Shown here piece after piece: positions 19,946 through 28,826 of a stretch of 59,396 bases of DNA. Source of the stretch: a virus (lineage: Duplodnaviria; Caudoviricetes); IMG/VR virus record IMGVR_UViG_3300044535_000237, positions 1-59,396 of that record. One strand, 5' to 3'. Position 1 is the stretch's first letter. Each line of letters starts with the position of its first letter. The notes below the pieces were generated by a model, which was given only the letters and a program-made list of their open reading frames with translations, was not told the origin of the DNA and searched no databases. Both the position numbers and the translations under genes were made by a program.

Positions 19946-20826
19946 ATGTCACTCCTTCGACTCGCAATTAAAGCAAGTGTTACTCCATAGTCTGTGGTCA
20001 ATTCCTCGCCAGATTCGATATCTCGCAAAGCAGTTAAAAATAACAACCCACTTACAACTTCAAATTTACAATTTGGAAACGCTGCATGGTTAGAGTACCT
20101 ACCAGCTAACGAACGTTTATTGTCCAGTGTTGCAGGACAGATAACCTGCCCGTATACGTAGTTACGCGTAGCAAAAAGGCCGTCACCTTCAATAGAAGAT
20201 TTTCGGACTTCAACACCATCTAGTGGTGTGCGGTCTAATGTAGATTCATCTTCAGAAATCTGACGAACTGATTCTTTTGTAAAACCAAAGTATTCAATAG
20301 CTCGTATAAAACTAGCTTGCCCGACTAACCGGTCGTACTCTGCAAAGGTGTTGACTGTGATTGCGTCGACAATCGTGTCAGCGTCTTCACCAAGATCAGG
20401 GTGCACATTAACCCAAATAGAGTCTTCGTTGGCATAAGCTAGCTTTTTTGTACCTGCGGGCGACGAGAACATTGCGGGCGCTTTGATACGCTTGGGGCCA
20501 TCTACAGACAAAAACGTCAGGTCACCTTTAAGGCAAATATTTAAGTGCTCAGTCATGTGCACTTTACCAACAAGCATTGTACCCTTGGGAATAAAAATCT
20601 CTCTAGCGTACACCCCACCGGAAAAAACATTGCGAACGGGGATGTCAGCTTGCGGTTGCTCAAGCATAAATGCTTGGAGGTCGTCGATCTTGTCCTTGAG
20701 TTTCTGCTCACGTATTGCCAAGGCTGCGCCGTTTATAGGAGCAAAAAGGTCGACGGGAAAGCCTTCTGGCAACCCTTCGGGGTAGCAGACTTCAAAGGTA
20801 CTAGGTTCAATGACGTCTAATTCCAT
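19942..20826 (-). CDS. Cupin-like domain fused to SET-domain (putative protein-lysine methyltransferase)
   Basis: N-part FSGGVYAREIFIPKG..LVGKVH..EH (cupin-like). C-part S.IEG.GLFATR, RYSNHA..PNC, ALRDI..GEELT.DYG are the canonical SET motifs. Start probably MELD at 20826. Confidence 0.85.
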   Translation of the reverse strand: MELDVIEPSTFEVCYPEGLPEGFPVDLFAPINGAALAIREQKLKDKIDDLQAFMLEQPQADIPVRNVFSGGVYAREIFIPKGTMLVGKVHMTEHLNICLKGDLTFLSVDGPKRIKAPAMFSSPAGTKKLAYANEDSIWVNVHPDLGEDADTIVDAITVNTFAEYDRLVGQASFIRAIEYFGFTKESVRQISEDESTLDRTPLDGVEVRKSSIEGDGLFATRNYVYGQVICPATLDNKRSLAGRYSNHAAFPNCKFEVVSGLLFLTALRDIESGEELTTDYGVTLALIASRRSDI

Positions 20827-20840
20827 GTGCGTATTATGTC

Positions 20841-21251
20841 TTATTGTGGAGGAGTTGGCCAGACTACATTCTGCGGATACCCTGACTGCTGCGGAATGTC
20901 CCGCAATGCTTGCCGGTAGACCTGCCACTGGTTGTAAACATTATCGCCTAAACGTGTTTTTGATGAAAGCGTGTCAGTCCAGTCGGATTGCTCAAGCAAA
21001 CTAGCTCGCTTGCCTTTAATGGCAGAAGAACTAAATATCCAAGTTTTGGTTTGGAAGTCAAACATGTGCAACGCAGAAGGCTGCTCGGGCTGCTTAACAA
21101 CAACTTCGCCGTCTAGGTAGTAGTTAATATCGTAGCTGCCGTCTACAAACACGCTGCCTTCTGGAGTATTCATATCCAAAACTTCTTGACTTTGGCTGTC
21201 AACAAAGCCAGTAAAACGGCCATTACTAGAGTCAAAAAAACATCGTCTCAT
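20841..21251 (-). CDS. Phage tail (fibre) assembly chaperone-like protein
   Basis: C-terminal R..LL..SDWT...W..YRQALRDIPQQ.G.P..V.WP..P signature. Confidence 0.8.
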   Translation of the reverse strand: MRRCFFDSSNGRFTGFVDSQSQEVLDMNTPEGSVFVDGSYDINYYLDGEVVVKQPEQPSALHMFDFQTKTWIFSSSAIKGKRASLLEQSDWTDTLSSKTRLGDNVYNQWQVYRQALRDIPQQSGYPQNVVWPTPPQ

Positions 21252-23422
21252 CGATAGCCTTTCATAACAATTACGTCTGTGATGTTTAGTACGCTGCTAG
21301 CAGTCTCGATGTTTGCGTAAGCGTGAGACACAGCAATGCTATGAGAGCCCGCAGACAAATAGTATTTTTTAATCATAATTTTAGGGACTGCTGAGTAAAT
21401 TTCCGTGCCTTGTCGTGCATCAATAACAGACCCATCAAGAAACAAAGTTGTTGTGCTGTCGTCGGACGGATAAGAGTTTGTAAAAAACGAAGACACGCAA
21501 TGAATATACACATTACCCGCGCTTGCCATGTTAAAACTATAATTAAAGACGTTAGTTCCTGTGTTGTTTCCGCCATTGCTAGTTAGCGTATGGTTAAACT
21601 GATCCATTGTTACAACGGATTCACCAGCAATGTTAATAGTGTTAACAGCGTCAACTGCAGCAGCAGTTAAAACACCGCCAAAAGAAGCATTTCCGTTGCT
21701 ACCGTCAAGCACAAAAGTTGGCGTTCCATCAGACTTAAAAGCGGCCATACCAGCCGAAGTTATACCAATGCCGTAACCACTGGTGCGTATGCCAGAGGAA
21801 TTCCAAGTAAGTGAGCCTACTGCAATACCACCGCCACCGGTTAAAACGCTGCGGGAATCTGTGCTAATTTTATTTGATAGTCCAGCAAGAGCGGAATTAG
21901 CAGTTGCGTTTGCCGTGTTAGCTGTAGAAAGTGCGCTAGTGGCGTTTGAGTTTGCTGTGTTAGCGGTTGACTGCGCGGCGCTTGCTGCGCTACTTGCACT
22001 ATTGGCGGTTGATTGCGCGGAGCTTGCTGCACTACTTGCGCTATTAGCAGTAGATAAAGCTGTAGAGGCATTACTAACAACTGTGCTAGCCGCCGTGCCA
22101 CTAACAGTGCCGGTAACGTTACCAACAAATTCACTGCTACCGGCGTTAAGAATAATGTTACCAGATGCGTCTTTAATCGTAAGTCCACGAGCATCAATCT
22201 TGCCCGCAGCAATAGAACCATCAACAAGCAAATTGCCATTAATAATGACGCCAGAGTCTGTCCACGCAGAGTTGTTCCAGTATTTAGTTTGGACGTAAGT
22301 GGGCGGAGAAGCGCTGTTACTAATTGTAACTGTGTCGCCAATAACAAGATGGTTGTTGTTAACCGCCGAACCCGCGTTTCCAAGAGCTGTCCAAACAGCT
22401 TGCCTTGCCGTTGTATCGCTCCAAGCAGAAGCAGTCACAGAAAGATTTAATGAACCGCGCAATCCATTTGCAAGAGTCTTACCGCCCGTGTCCACCTTCA
22501 TAGTACCTCGAACATAAACGTTTGTGTTCATGTAGATACCGTCAGCGTCAACACCAAAGGGGACGAGGTTGTTGTCGGGAGTAGTTGTTAGGCCGCCACT
22601 ATAGTTTGGCGCGACAATTGCAAATTTATCTGCGGAAATAATAAACGCAGAGGATGGTGTTCCGTTAATCTCGGTAGCAGCAATACCAAACCCAGCAAGA
22701 GCACCGCCCGCTTGAACTTTAAGAGTGTACTGAGCACGCAGACCAGTTGTAAAGTTTGCTTGTGTAGTAAGTGTTGACTCTAGGACAGCACGACCCGCTG
22801 TGCCGTCTTGATAGTAGTTTCCAAGGCTAGATTCAAGTTGAGTCACTTTTACAGCGGTAGCAGAAGTTGAAGTAGCTACAGCAGAAGTTAACTCACGAAC
22901 TCCGGCTGCGCTAGTCCCAACAGCGGCAGTAACTTCTTCAACTGCAATAGCCAACGAACGATTGCTATCTTGAATTAATGTCTCGGTTCTGCGAATGTCA
23001 GCGCCTCGTGCAGCGGCTTCATCAGCAATGCTTTTAAGCAAAATAGAACGAACTTCAACAGCTAAGTCGTTAAACCTATTTGGGTCATCGAGGCGACGTT
23101 GCAAGTCTGTGTAAAGGCGCGTGCTCTTAAGTTCAGCAACAAACTGATCGATTGCAACTGCAGCCGTTAAACCGCCCCCCAAATCAATTAAAACTTCGCC
23201 CGGAGCAGGAGTCTTTGATACGGCTAAATCAGTTAGTGACTTAGTAGCATCTTCAAGCTCACGAAGAGTTACCGCTCGTTCAAATCTGTTTCCGCGTGTA
23301 CCTTCACGCGTCTCAAGGCGTTCTGCAACAGCACTCATCCAATCCCGAAGAGATGGGTCTTGCGCATTAACAGGAGGAAGCGCAGGAAGGCGTACCGGGC
23401 CAGTATCACGACGAACGGTCAT
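21248..23422 (-). CDS. Tail tip/fibre protein (DUF1983-like segment)
   Basis: AQYTLKVQ.GG..AGFGI...S.F...ADKFAI motif; I.G..L.DGSI.A.KI; Ser/Ala/Thr/Asn heptad stretch. Confidence 0.75.
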   Translation of the reverse strand: MTVRRDTGPVRLPALPPVNAQDPSLRDWMSAVAERLETREGTRGNRFERAVTLRELEDATKSLTDLAVSKTPAPGEVLIDLGGGLTAAVAIDQFVAELKSTRLYTDLQRRLDDPNRFNDLAVEVRSILLKSIADEAAARGADIRRTETLIQDSNRSLAIAVEEVTAAVGTSAAGVRELTSAVATSTSATAVKVTQLESSLGNYYQDGTAGRAVLESTLTTQANFTTGLRAQYTLKVQAGGALAGFGIAATEINGTPSSAFIISADKFAIVAPNYSGGLTTTPDNNLVPFGVDADGIYMNTNVYVRGTMKVDTGGKTLANGLRGSLNLSVTASAWSDTTARQAVWTALGNAGSAVNNNHLVIGDTVTISNSASPPTYVQTKYWNNSAWTDSGVIINGNLLVDGSIAAGKIDARGLTIKDASGNIILNAGSSEFVGNVTGTVSGTAASTVVSNASTALSTANSASSAASSAQSTANSASSAASAAQSTANTANSNATSALSTANTANATANSALAGLSNKISTDSRSVLTGGGGIAVGSLTWNSSGIRTSGYGIGITSAGMAAFKSDGTPTFVLDGSNGNASFGGVLTAAAVDAVNTINIAGESVVTMDQFNHTLTSNGGNNTGTNVFNYSFNMASAGNVYIHCVSSFFTNSYPSDDSTTTLFLDGSVIDARQGTEIYSAVPKIMIKKYYLSAGSHSIAVSHAYANIETASSVLNITDVIVMKGYR
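21900..22080 (-). repeat. Intragenic tandem repeat encoding STANSASSAASxAQ-type heptads
   Basis: Protein ASTALSTANSASSAASSAQSTANSASSAASAAQSTANTANSNATSALSTANTANATANSAL; about 42-bp imperfect DNA unit. Confidence 0.75.
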
Positions 23423-25977
23423 AAACCTTGTAACTCCGTAGTATTGCCAGCTAAGCTAATTTTTGTAATGCGAACAGTAGCTTCAACTTGTACTTCGTAC
23501 TCAAGCCAACGGCCAGAAGGAAGGCGCAAAGGAAGAACATCCGAAATCGTGATTGTGTGCACAAGTGCGCCATCGCCATATAGTTTAAACGTCACTGGAT
23601 TTCCAGATGTCTGTTCACCAAAAACCTGAACCCATGCAAGAGTGGCCTGTACCGGAAACGTAGCCTTCATAGACTTCCATGTACCTGTGCGGTAAGTTGC
23701 GCCGCCATACACTTTCTGGATGCTTGTGCCGTTGGCAATGTAGAGTTGATCGTCAACTTTATTAGCGTAAGCTGCAGTAGCCGCCAGATCAAGTCTAGCT
23801 AATTTAGAAGATGCTACGTTAAACGTCAAACAACCAGCAGTGCCGTTGTTAAAAAACAAGTAATATACGTCCTCGTGAGCTTCTGCAAACATGGTTGTGG
23901 GCGACAGAGCTTGCCAGTCCTCGCGAGTGTACATACCCTTGGTAACGACTCGAATCCCATTAGGATCAGCAAGGCACAGGCCATCAGGAGAGGCGTACAA
24001 AACTCCGCCCTGCATAGACACAATGGAACGCTTAGACGCACAAGATTGCACGCTGTCTAGTTTCTGAGACGACATGGACGCAGAGTTAGCGCCAGAAATA
24101 AAATACGGATTGCCGAGAGTGCCAACAAACACAGTCTGACCAAATACGCCAAGCCCAACAATAGGGTGCTCTGTAGAAATTTGATACTCTACCGGCCACG
24201 CGTATGGGACGTAAGGCTCACAGAACGCAACAGTGTTGTCAAAGAACCCCGCCATTACGCCATTGGGCAAACCGACAAAACCACGTATATACGGGTTAGT
24301 ACCTACAACGGGTTTAGGATAAGAATCGCTTTGGCCGTCCATGCGATAGGGAGGCTCAGCCCACGTAACTGTTGGACAGTTTTCGCCTAATTGACTGCCA
24401 GTTTTAGTGTCCGTGTACGTTGCAGATGTAACAAGTAACTCTTCTACAAATTGAAAACCGGTAGCGGTAGAACCTGTACTGCTACGATAGATACGCCACT
24501 TCACAATGCTTCGAGTTGTATACGCTTCGCCTGACGAAGAGGCAGGTCGACCAATAGCCACAGAGTCGTTCTGGTCTAGTTCAATAAGCGCGGACACAGG
24601 ACTTGGTTCAGACTCTTCGCCAAAGTCAGTAACAAAGGTAACAATGTAGAAACGAGATTCAACTTTACGAACAACTGTTTCGCCAACAAACTTTGTGACG
24701 CCGCCCTGATTAACGATGTACGCAGAAATTGCGGTAACGTTTTCTGTAAGTTTTTTCCATCGTGCCAGCAGAGCGGCTTCCATAGTCTGCGTAGCAACAC
24801 GAGCCCGTGCTTGAATCTCTTGTACTCGAACGTTAAGCGTATTTCTGTCGTCGACGTTGGTTGTCAGTGCTGTGTTATACGCTGCAAGATCAACGTTATA
24901 TGTAGTAACAGCGGCGTCGTAAGTAACCCATGCAGCCGTACGTTGCCCCGTAGCGGTATTAATTTCGTCGGCAACGGTTGGTTTTACAGGAGCAGTTGGG
25001 CGCGAAAGAAGTGCCCCAAATGTGGCGGCAGAAAGAAGTCTATAGAAGTCTTTTGCTGCATCATCTAGCGCATCACGTTGAGACTTAGCTACTTTATCGG
25101 GGTTAAGGTCATTGGCAATGTCAGCCACAATCAAAGCAATTGCAGCATCGGTAAACACTTGCGTTCCGACTTTAGCTGGGCCAGCTTCTGCACCAAACTG
25201 AATAGCTTGAATAGCCGTAGTTAACGTTCCCTGCGTCAATCGGAAAGTAAACGGCAAAGCGGTAAGCGGTACATAAATTGTTGAACCAGATAAAGTTGCA
25301 CCTAGTTTTTCAAGGTCTAGCGCAAGGCCAATAGTAGAGGAGTTACTGACCGCAGCATACAAATTCCAATGGCTGCTAGATGGGATACCAGTAGGAAAAG
25401 ACAAGCTGTTAGCTGTGTACGGGCCACCATAAATAGTAGTTCCGGTAAAACGTGAATTTGGTTCGTTGGCAACTGGGTCTAACGTGCTTGCAATAATAGC
25501 CAAACGAATGGCCTCTGCAGCAGGGCCGTACAGAAATATGTTAGCTTCTTCTGTTGTAAATTCTTCAGTAGTATTTTTTGTAGTTGTAGGCTGCACTGGG
25601 CGCGGTACGCCAAGAACTCGATCAGAGCCGTTAACATCTACAAGTCGTGGGCGAGCTGAGCCATCGTCAATTGTGAAATAAGTTCGCTCCGACCGTTCGT
25701 CATCAATTTGGCCTTTGACATAGCTGCGCTCTACAGTACTGGATATCCATCCAGTAGTAACGTCAGAGTTAAATGTGCCATCGGCCTTGCGAGCAAACCG
25801 GTGTAGGGTCTTAGTACTGGCAGAGCACGAAGCAACAGTTAAGTCTGTTTTGACAGGACGAAATTCGTTAATGCTTGTAAAAAGGTTGCGGTTTTCCTGA
25901 GCAGCGCTCTCTGGCAGGGCGCGTGCTGATATGGAGGGCATCTCCCCACCAAAAGTATCTACTTTAATAATAGCCAT
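23419..25977 (-). CDS. Tail nozzle / stabilisation (tubular B-like) protein
   Basis: F.GE.P....R.LP...AQ...N N-terminus; Y..TFVT.FGEES.PSP; FCEPY.PYAWP..Y; Q.C.SKRSI; YASPDGL. Confidence 0.75.
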   Translation of the reverse strand: MAIIKVDTFGGEMPSISARALPESAAQENRNLFTSINEFRPVKTDLTVASCSASTKTLHRFARKADGTFNSDVTTGWISSTVERSYVKGQIDDERSERTYFTIDDGSARPRLVDVNGSDRVLGVPRPVQPTTTKNTTEEFTTEEANIFLYGPAAEAIRLAIIASTLDPVANEPNSRFTGTTIYGGPYTANSLSFPTGIPSSSHWNLYAAVSNSSTIGLALDLEKLGATLSGSTIYVPLTALPFTFRLTQGTLTTAIQAIQFGAEAGPAKVGTQVFTDAAIALIVADIANDLNPDKVAKSQRDALDDAAKDFYRLLSAATFGALLSRPTAPVKPTVADEINTATGQRTAAWVTYDAAVTTYNVDLAAYNTALTTNVDDRNTLNVRVQEIQARARVATQTMEAALLARWKKLTENVTAISAYIVNQGGVTKFVGETVVRKVESRFYIVTFVTDFGEESEPSPVSALIELDQNDSVAIGRPASSSGEAYTTRSIVKWRIYRSSTGSTATGFQFVEELLVTSATYTDTKTGSQLGENCPTVTWAEPPYRMDGQSDSYPKPVVGTNPYIRGFVGLPNGVMAGFFDNTVAFCEPYVPYAWPVEYQISTEHPIVGLGVFGQTVFVGTLGNPYFISGANSASMSSQKLDSVQSCASKRSIVSMQGGVLYASPDGLCLADPNGIRVVTKGMYTREDWQALSPTTMFAEAHEDVYYLFFNNGTAGCLTFNVASSKLARLDLAATAAYANKVDDQLYIANGTSIQKVYGGATYRTGTWKSMKATFPVQATLAWVQVFGEQTSGNPVTFKLYGDGALVHTITISDVLPLRLPSGRWLEYEVQVEATVRITKISLAGNTTELQGL

Positions 25978-26009
25978 TGGTTGTCCTTGCGTCTAGGCAC
26001 ATTGTAGTA

Positions 26010-26624
26010 TTAACCGCCCAATACAGCTATAGCATGCGTAATGTGTTTAATGCGATCCTCAAGCCCAATCGTACCGCCGTTAATCCGCTTTGTCATTGTT
26101 AAAAAATCCCGAGTATCGGCGTATTGGTTAAGGTTATGGGTTTGCCAAAACCAGCCCGCGGTTTGCGCGGCGTACTTGGGAGTACGGACAAGTTCGGGCT
26201 CCATTACAAAGTCCACACCGAGGGCTTTGCCAGCGTGGAAAAAATTGCTATGCCCAGTTAACTGTAAAAATCCGGAGCCACGAAACCTGAACCCATCTCC
26301 AGAAGCCTCATCTCGATTGCCCATACGGTTCCCGTAAATGCGATTGGCGATCTTACGTGGCTGTTTCTCATAGGCAGCAGCTTCCTCGGGTGTGAAGCCC
26401 CATGCGCGTTTAGGCGTCCGCGGGAACAGTTTGAGTAGGGTAGCGGCGCGGTAGTTCAGGTTCTCTTCCATGATCTTAAAGTTACCGCATTCGTGGCCGC
26501 ACTGACCTATCCAGCTGGCTTGTTGTGGAGCCGTAAAGATATTGAACTTATCAAAAGTTTCGTTAAACGCATCTGCAAGAGATGGGTCTATGTGCATTTG
26601 TTTTAGTTGGTCAGGACTTACCAT
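26010..26624 (-). CDS. Endolysin, glycoside hydrolase family 19
   Basis: Q.GHE.G.F...EENLNY, IAN..Y..RMGN, DG.RFRG.G.LQLTG..N, A.WFW, TKRINGG..GL.DR. Confidence 0.93.
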   Translation of the reverse strand: MVSPDQLKQMHIDPSLADAFNETFDKFNIFTAPQQASWIGQCGHECGNFKIMEENLNYRAATLLKLFPRTPKRAWGFTPEEAAAYEKQPRKIANRIYGNRMGNRDEASGDGFRFRGSGFLQLTGHSNFFHAGKALGVDFVMEPELVRTPKYAAQTAGWFWQTHNLNQYADTRDFLTMTKRINGGTIGLEDRIKHITHAIAVLGG

Positions 26625-27108
26625 TTAAGAGGTTCCTTACTTCGTTGTATGAATCTACGCAAGCATTTAGTGCAACAGTATTACGATCGCCTTGGGCAAC
26701 TATTTCCGCGATGGCGTCGATTGTTGCTCTTTCGGCGTCAGAAGCTGTATCAGTCGGTCTGTCAGGTTCACGGGCTGCTTCTGTATTTGCGCTGGCAACG
26801 GGGGAACTTGCGGGGGCTTGTACGTTACTTGGGGCGCAGAGGCGCAGCTTGCCAGCACGATTGGCAACAGCAAGAGCAGAAGTTTTTTTGTTGATGGCAT
26901 CATTAGCCTCCTGTAATTTGGCGGATTGTTGATTAAGTTTTTCACCCAAGTTTTGCTCGATTTGACGAGCTTCATCATTCTTTTTGGCAATGGCAATCTT
27001 CATATCATTATCCCGCTCCAACCACCCGTAATGATGGCCAACACGGTACGTACCGAACAAAGATACAAGAACGCCAACAATTAACCAAGGGAGTGGGATA
27101 GGTAACAT
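26611..27108 (-). CDS. Rz: Rz-like inner-membrane spanin
   Basis: N-terminal TM helix, coiled coil, C-terminal A..GD......LNAC...Y; adjacent to the endolysin. Confidence 0.8.
   Translation of the reverse strand: MLPIPLPWLIVGVLVSLFGTYRVGHHYGWLERDNDMKIAIAKKNDEARQIEQNLGEKLNQQSAKLQEANDAINKKTSALAVANRAGKLRLCAPSNVQAPASSPVASANTEAAREPDRPTDTASDAERATIDAIAEIVAQGDRNTVALNACVDSYNEVRNLLNGKS
26700..26903 (-). CDS. Rz1: Rz1-like outer-membrane lipoprotein spanin embedded in Rz (alternate frame)
   Basis: MMPSTKKLLLLLLPIVLAS|C lipobox followed by Pro-rich ASAPQVTYKPPQVPPLPAQ; lies entirely within Rz. Confidence 0.8.
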   Translation of the reverse strand: MMPSTKKLLLLLLPIVLASCASAPQVTYKPPQVPPLPAQIQKQPVNLTDRLIQLLTPKEQQSTPSRK

Positions 27109-27647
27109 TATTCAGATTCCTTACGGGCTGCTGCGATTTCTTCGCGTTCCTCATCGGGCTCCATGTGCTCAGGAGGCGTAGTCGGCGGTGGGCCGGGTGT
27201 CCATGACTCGTCCAGTTCTGGGTTAGTCCAGACAGGCATAGCACCAAATGGTTGAGAGGGTAAGCCATACGCAGATTGCGGAGGAGCGTAATTACTGTTG
27301 GGCATGCCGTAGCCGCCGTAGCCACCACTCATACCGCCCATCATTGGTGGGCAACCATGTTGCATTGGAGGTTGTGGATTAAACATCTTAGAAGCCGCAC
27401 CTGCCGCTCGCTTGGTCATCACCCCGCCAATACCGCCAACGATAAGTAATACTATATCATTAAGCATCTTTGTGTAGGCTTGGTCAATCGGAGCCATACT
27501 TTTAATCGGTTGTGTGACGAACGTCACAGAGTAAAGCAAAGCAATTACGATAAAGCACAAGATGCAGGTCACGACTATAACTACAAAGCCCCAGACCCTG
27601 ACTTCAAATTCTTCAGTTGTTAGGTTTGGTTTCTGATTGGACGTCAT
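27108..27647 (-). CDS. Two-TM membrane protein with Pro/Gly/Met-rich tail
   Basis: Hydrophobic segments VWGFVVIVVTCILCFIVIALLYSV and IVLLIVGGIGGV; Q.I..MAP.D motif. Confidence 0.75.
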   Translation of the reverse strand: MTSNQKPNLTTEEFEVRVWGFVVIVVTCILCFIVIALLYSVTFVTQPIKSMAPIDQAYTKMLNDIVLLIVGGIGGVMTKRAAGAASKMFNPQPPMQHGCPPMMGGMSGGYGGYGMPNSNYAPPQSAYGLPSQPFGAMPVWTNPELDESWTPGPPPTTPPEHMEPDEEREEIAAARKESE

Positions 27648-27816
27648 TGATTTTCTTCTCCAAGATAGGGGCTACCAAGTATTCGGGGCACTGCTGGGTA
27701 AACAAACACTTCGGTTTCTGGCACTCCTCGGCATGGAAGTGGTCAGGATTCTGGCACTTGTACCGATAGCGGTCTTCACATCCAGCAAGTAGGAGGATCA
27801 ATAGCAGATATCTCAT
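27613..27816 (-). CDS. Cys-rich lipoprotein
   Basis: MRYLLLILLLAG|C lipobox; CEDRYRY.CQ.P...C..P.C....CPE. Confidence 0.8.
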   Translation of the reverse strand: MRYLLLILLLAGCEDRYRYKCQNPDHFHAEECQKPKCLFTQQCPEYLVAPILEKKINDVQSETKPNN

Positions 27817-27983
27817 ACTCTGACATCCACGGCTTTAGCCCATTGAGTCTTAATCTCTTGGGCTTTTTGTTGTTGGTCAGCCTGTCGACTTAGTTCAGCC
27901 AAACGCTGCATATTCTGTTGATGGATCACTCGGTGAGCCTCTGACAACATTTTTGCGTTCTGTTGGTAAGTGGTAATTCTCAT
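27813..27983 (-). CDS. Small Gln-rich protein, 56 aa
   Basis: Hand-translated MRITTYQQNAK...KAVDVRV; ATGA overlaps at both ends. Confidence 0.6.
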   Translation of the reverse strand: MRITTYQQNAKMLSEAHRVIHQQNMQRLAELSRQADQQQKAQEIKTQWAKAVDVRV

Positions 27984-28135
27984 TTGCCCAAGCCAACCTT
28001 TCCAAGTAGGAGATTAACAATTTTGTCCGACAAATCGTCAGGCAAGAACTTCAGAAAACCTAAGAAATACAAAGCCACACATCCGTAAACGAATATCTTG
28101 AGGCACATGTCAAAGGTCTTCTGGTACTCATTCAC
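27980..28135 (-). CDS. Small membrane protein, 51 aa
   Basis: Hand-translated MNEYQKTFDMCLKIFVYGCVALYFLGFLKFLPDDLSDKIVNLLLGKVGLGK; GTGA/ATGA coupling. Confidence 0.65.
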   Translation of the reverse strand: MNEYQKTFDMCLKIFVYGCVALYFLGFLKFLPDDLSDKIVNLLLGKVGLGK

Positions 28136-28626
28136 CGACCACACCTTCTGGTTGTTTGACAGAATTCCATCAACTCATAGATACCAATTGCCACCAAGAA
28201 CAGAACAAACGCACAGCCGCCAAGGATCACGGCCAGCTCATTTAACTCTGCTTCTTTTTCTTTGGCTTTCTTATCGGCCCGCTCTAGGGCACGAAGTTCT
28301 CTTGCATCATCAATGTCCATCTGGTCTTGACGGGCTTTAATCTTATTCCACACGTCTATCTTGCCTGTGGTCATAAAGAGCATTTTGAGCTCCTCTTCAA
28401 ACGCACGGGCCTGTTCAAGCGCCATCTCAATCTGTAGCGCGGTTCCCATGTTGGAACCCTTGCTTTTCTTTGTCTCAATCAGGGCTTTGGTGGCTGTGCT
28501 TTTTGCGTCAAATAACTTCCCGATCATCGGCGCAAGCGAGCCAAGATCATTGGCCACCGCACTGGCCTTCTTAACCATCGAGATTGCTGACTGTATGCCA
28601 GCTAGGGCTGTCATCGGATCAATCAT
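28132..28626 (-). CDS. Membrane-anchored coiled-coil protein
   Basis: MIDP.TALA N-terminus, coiled coil, C-terminal TM helix; start at 28626 overlaps the upstream stop. Confidence 0.75.
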   Translation of the reverse strand: MIDPMTALAGIQSAISMVKKASAVANDLGSLAPMIGKLFDAKSTATKALIETKKSKGSNMGTALQIEMALEQARAFEEELKMLFMTTGKIDVWNKIKARQDQMDIDDARELRALERADKKAKEKEAELNELAVILGGCAFVLFLVAIGIYELMEFCQTTRRCGR

Positions 28627-28748
28627 TTCCGTTCTACCTTTTTCCATTCAATACAGTAGACCCTCCGGTTGTAAACATCACCAACCCAAGTCCACTTAAC
28701 ACATCTGTATTCAATAGATACAGCCAGCAAAATTATGGATAGCACCAT
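28623..28748 (-). CDS. Small signal-peptide protein with a Cys pair, 41 aa
   Basis: Hand-translated MVLSIILLAVSIEYRCVKWTWVGDVYNRRVYCIEWKKVERK; ATGA coupling downstream. Confidence 0.55.
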   Translation of the reverse strand: MVLSIILLAVSIEYRCVKWTWVGDVYNRRVYCIEWKKVERK

Positions 28749-28825
28749 ACAACGACGTACGTGCCCCAGATTACAAAACCGGTAATACCGACCGCCGCAA
28801 TAATTGCTTCGGCCCAGTCTCTCAT
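28733..28825 (-). CDS. Single-TM micro-protein, 30 aa
   Basis: Hand-translated MRDWAEAIIAAVGITGFVIWGTYVVVWCYP; starts 1 nt after the upstream stop. Confidence 0.5.
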   Translation of the reverse strand: MRDWAEAIIAAVGITGFVIWGTYVVVWCYP

Positions 28826-28826
28826 T

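Noticed and set aside
20827-20928. N-terminal extension of the cupin-SET ORF (track start 20928), and similar extensions at 31970, 39535, 10802 and 158
   Set aside because: They overlap upstream genes; downstream ATGs fit the RBS or coupling pattern better.
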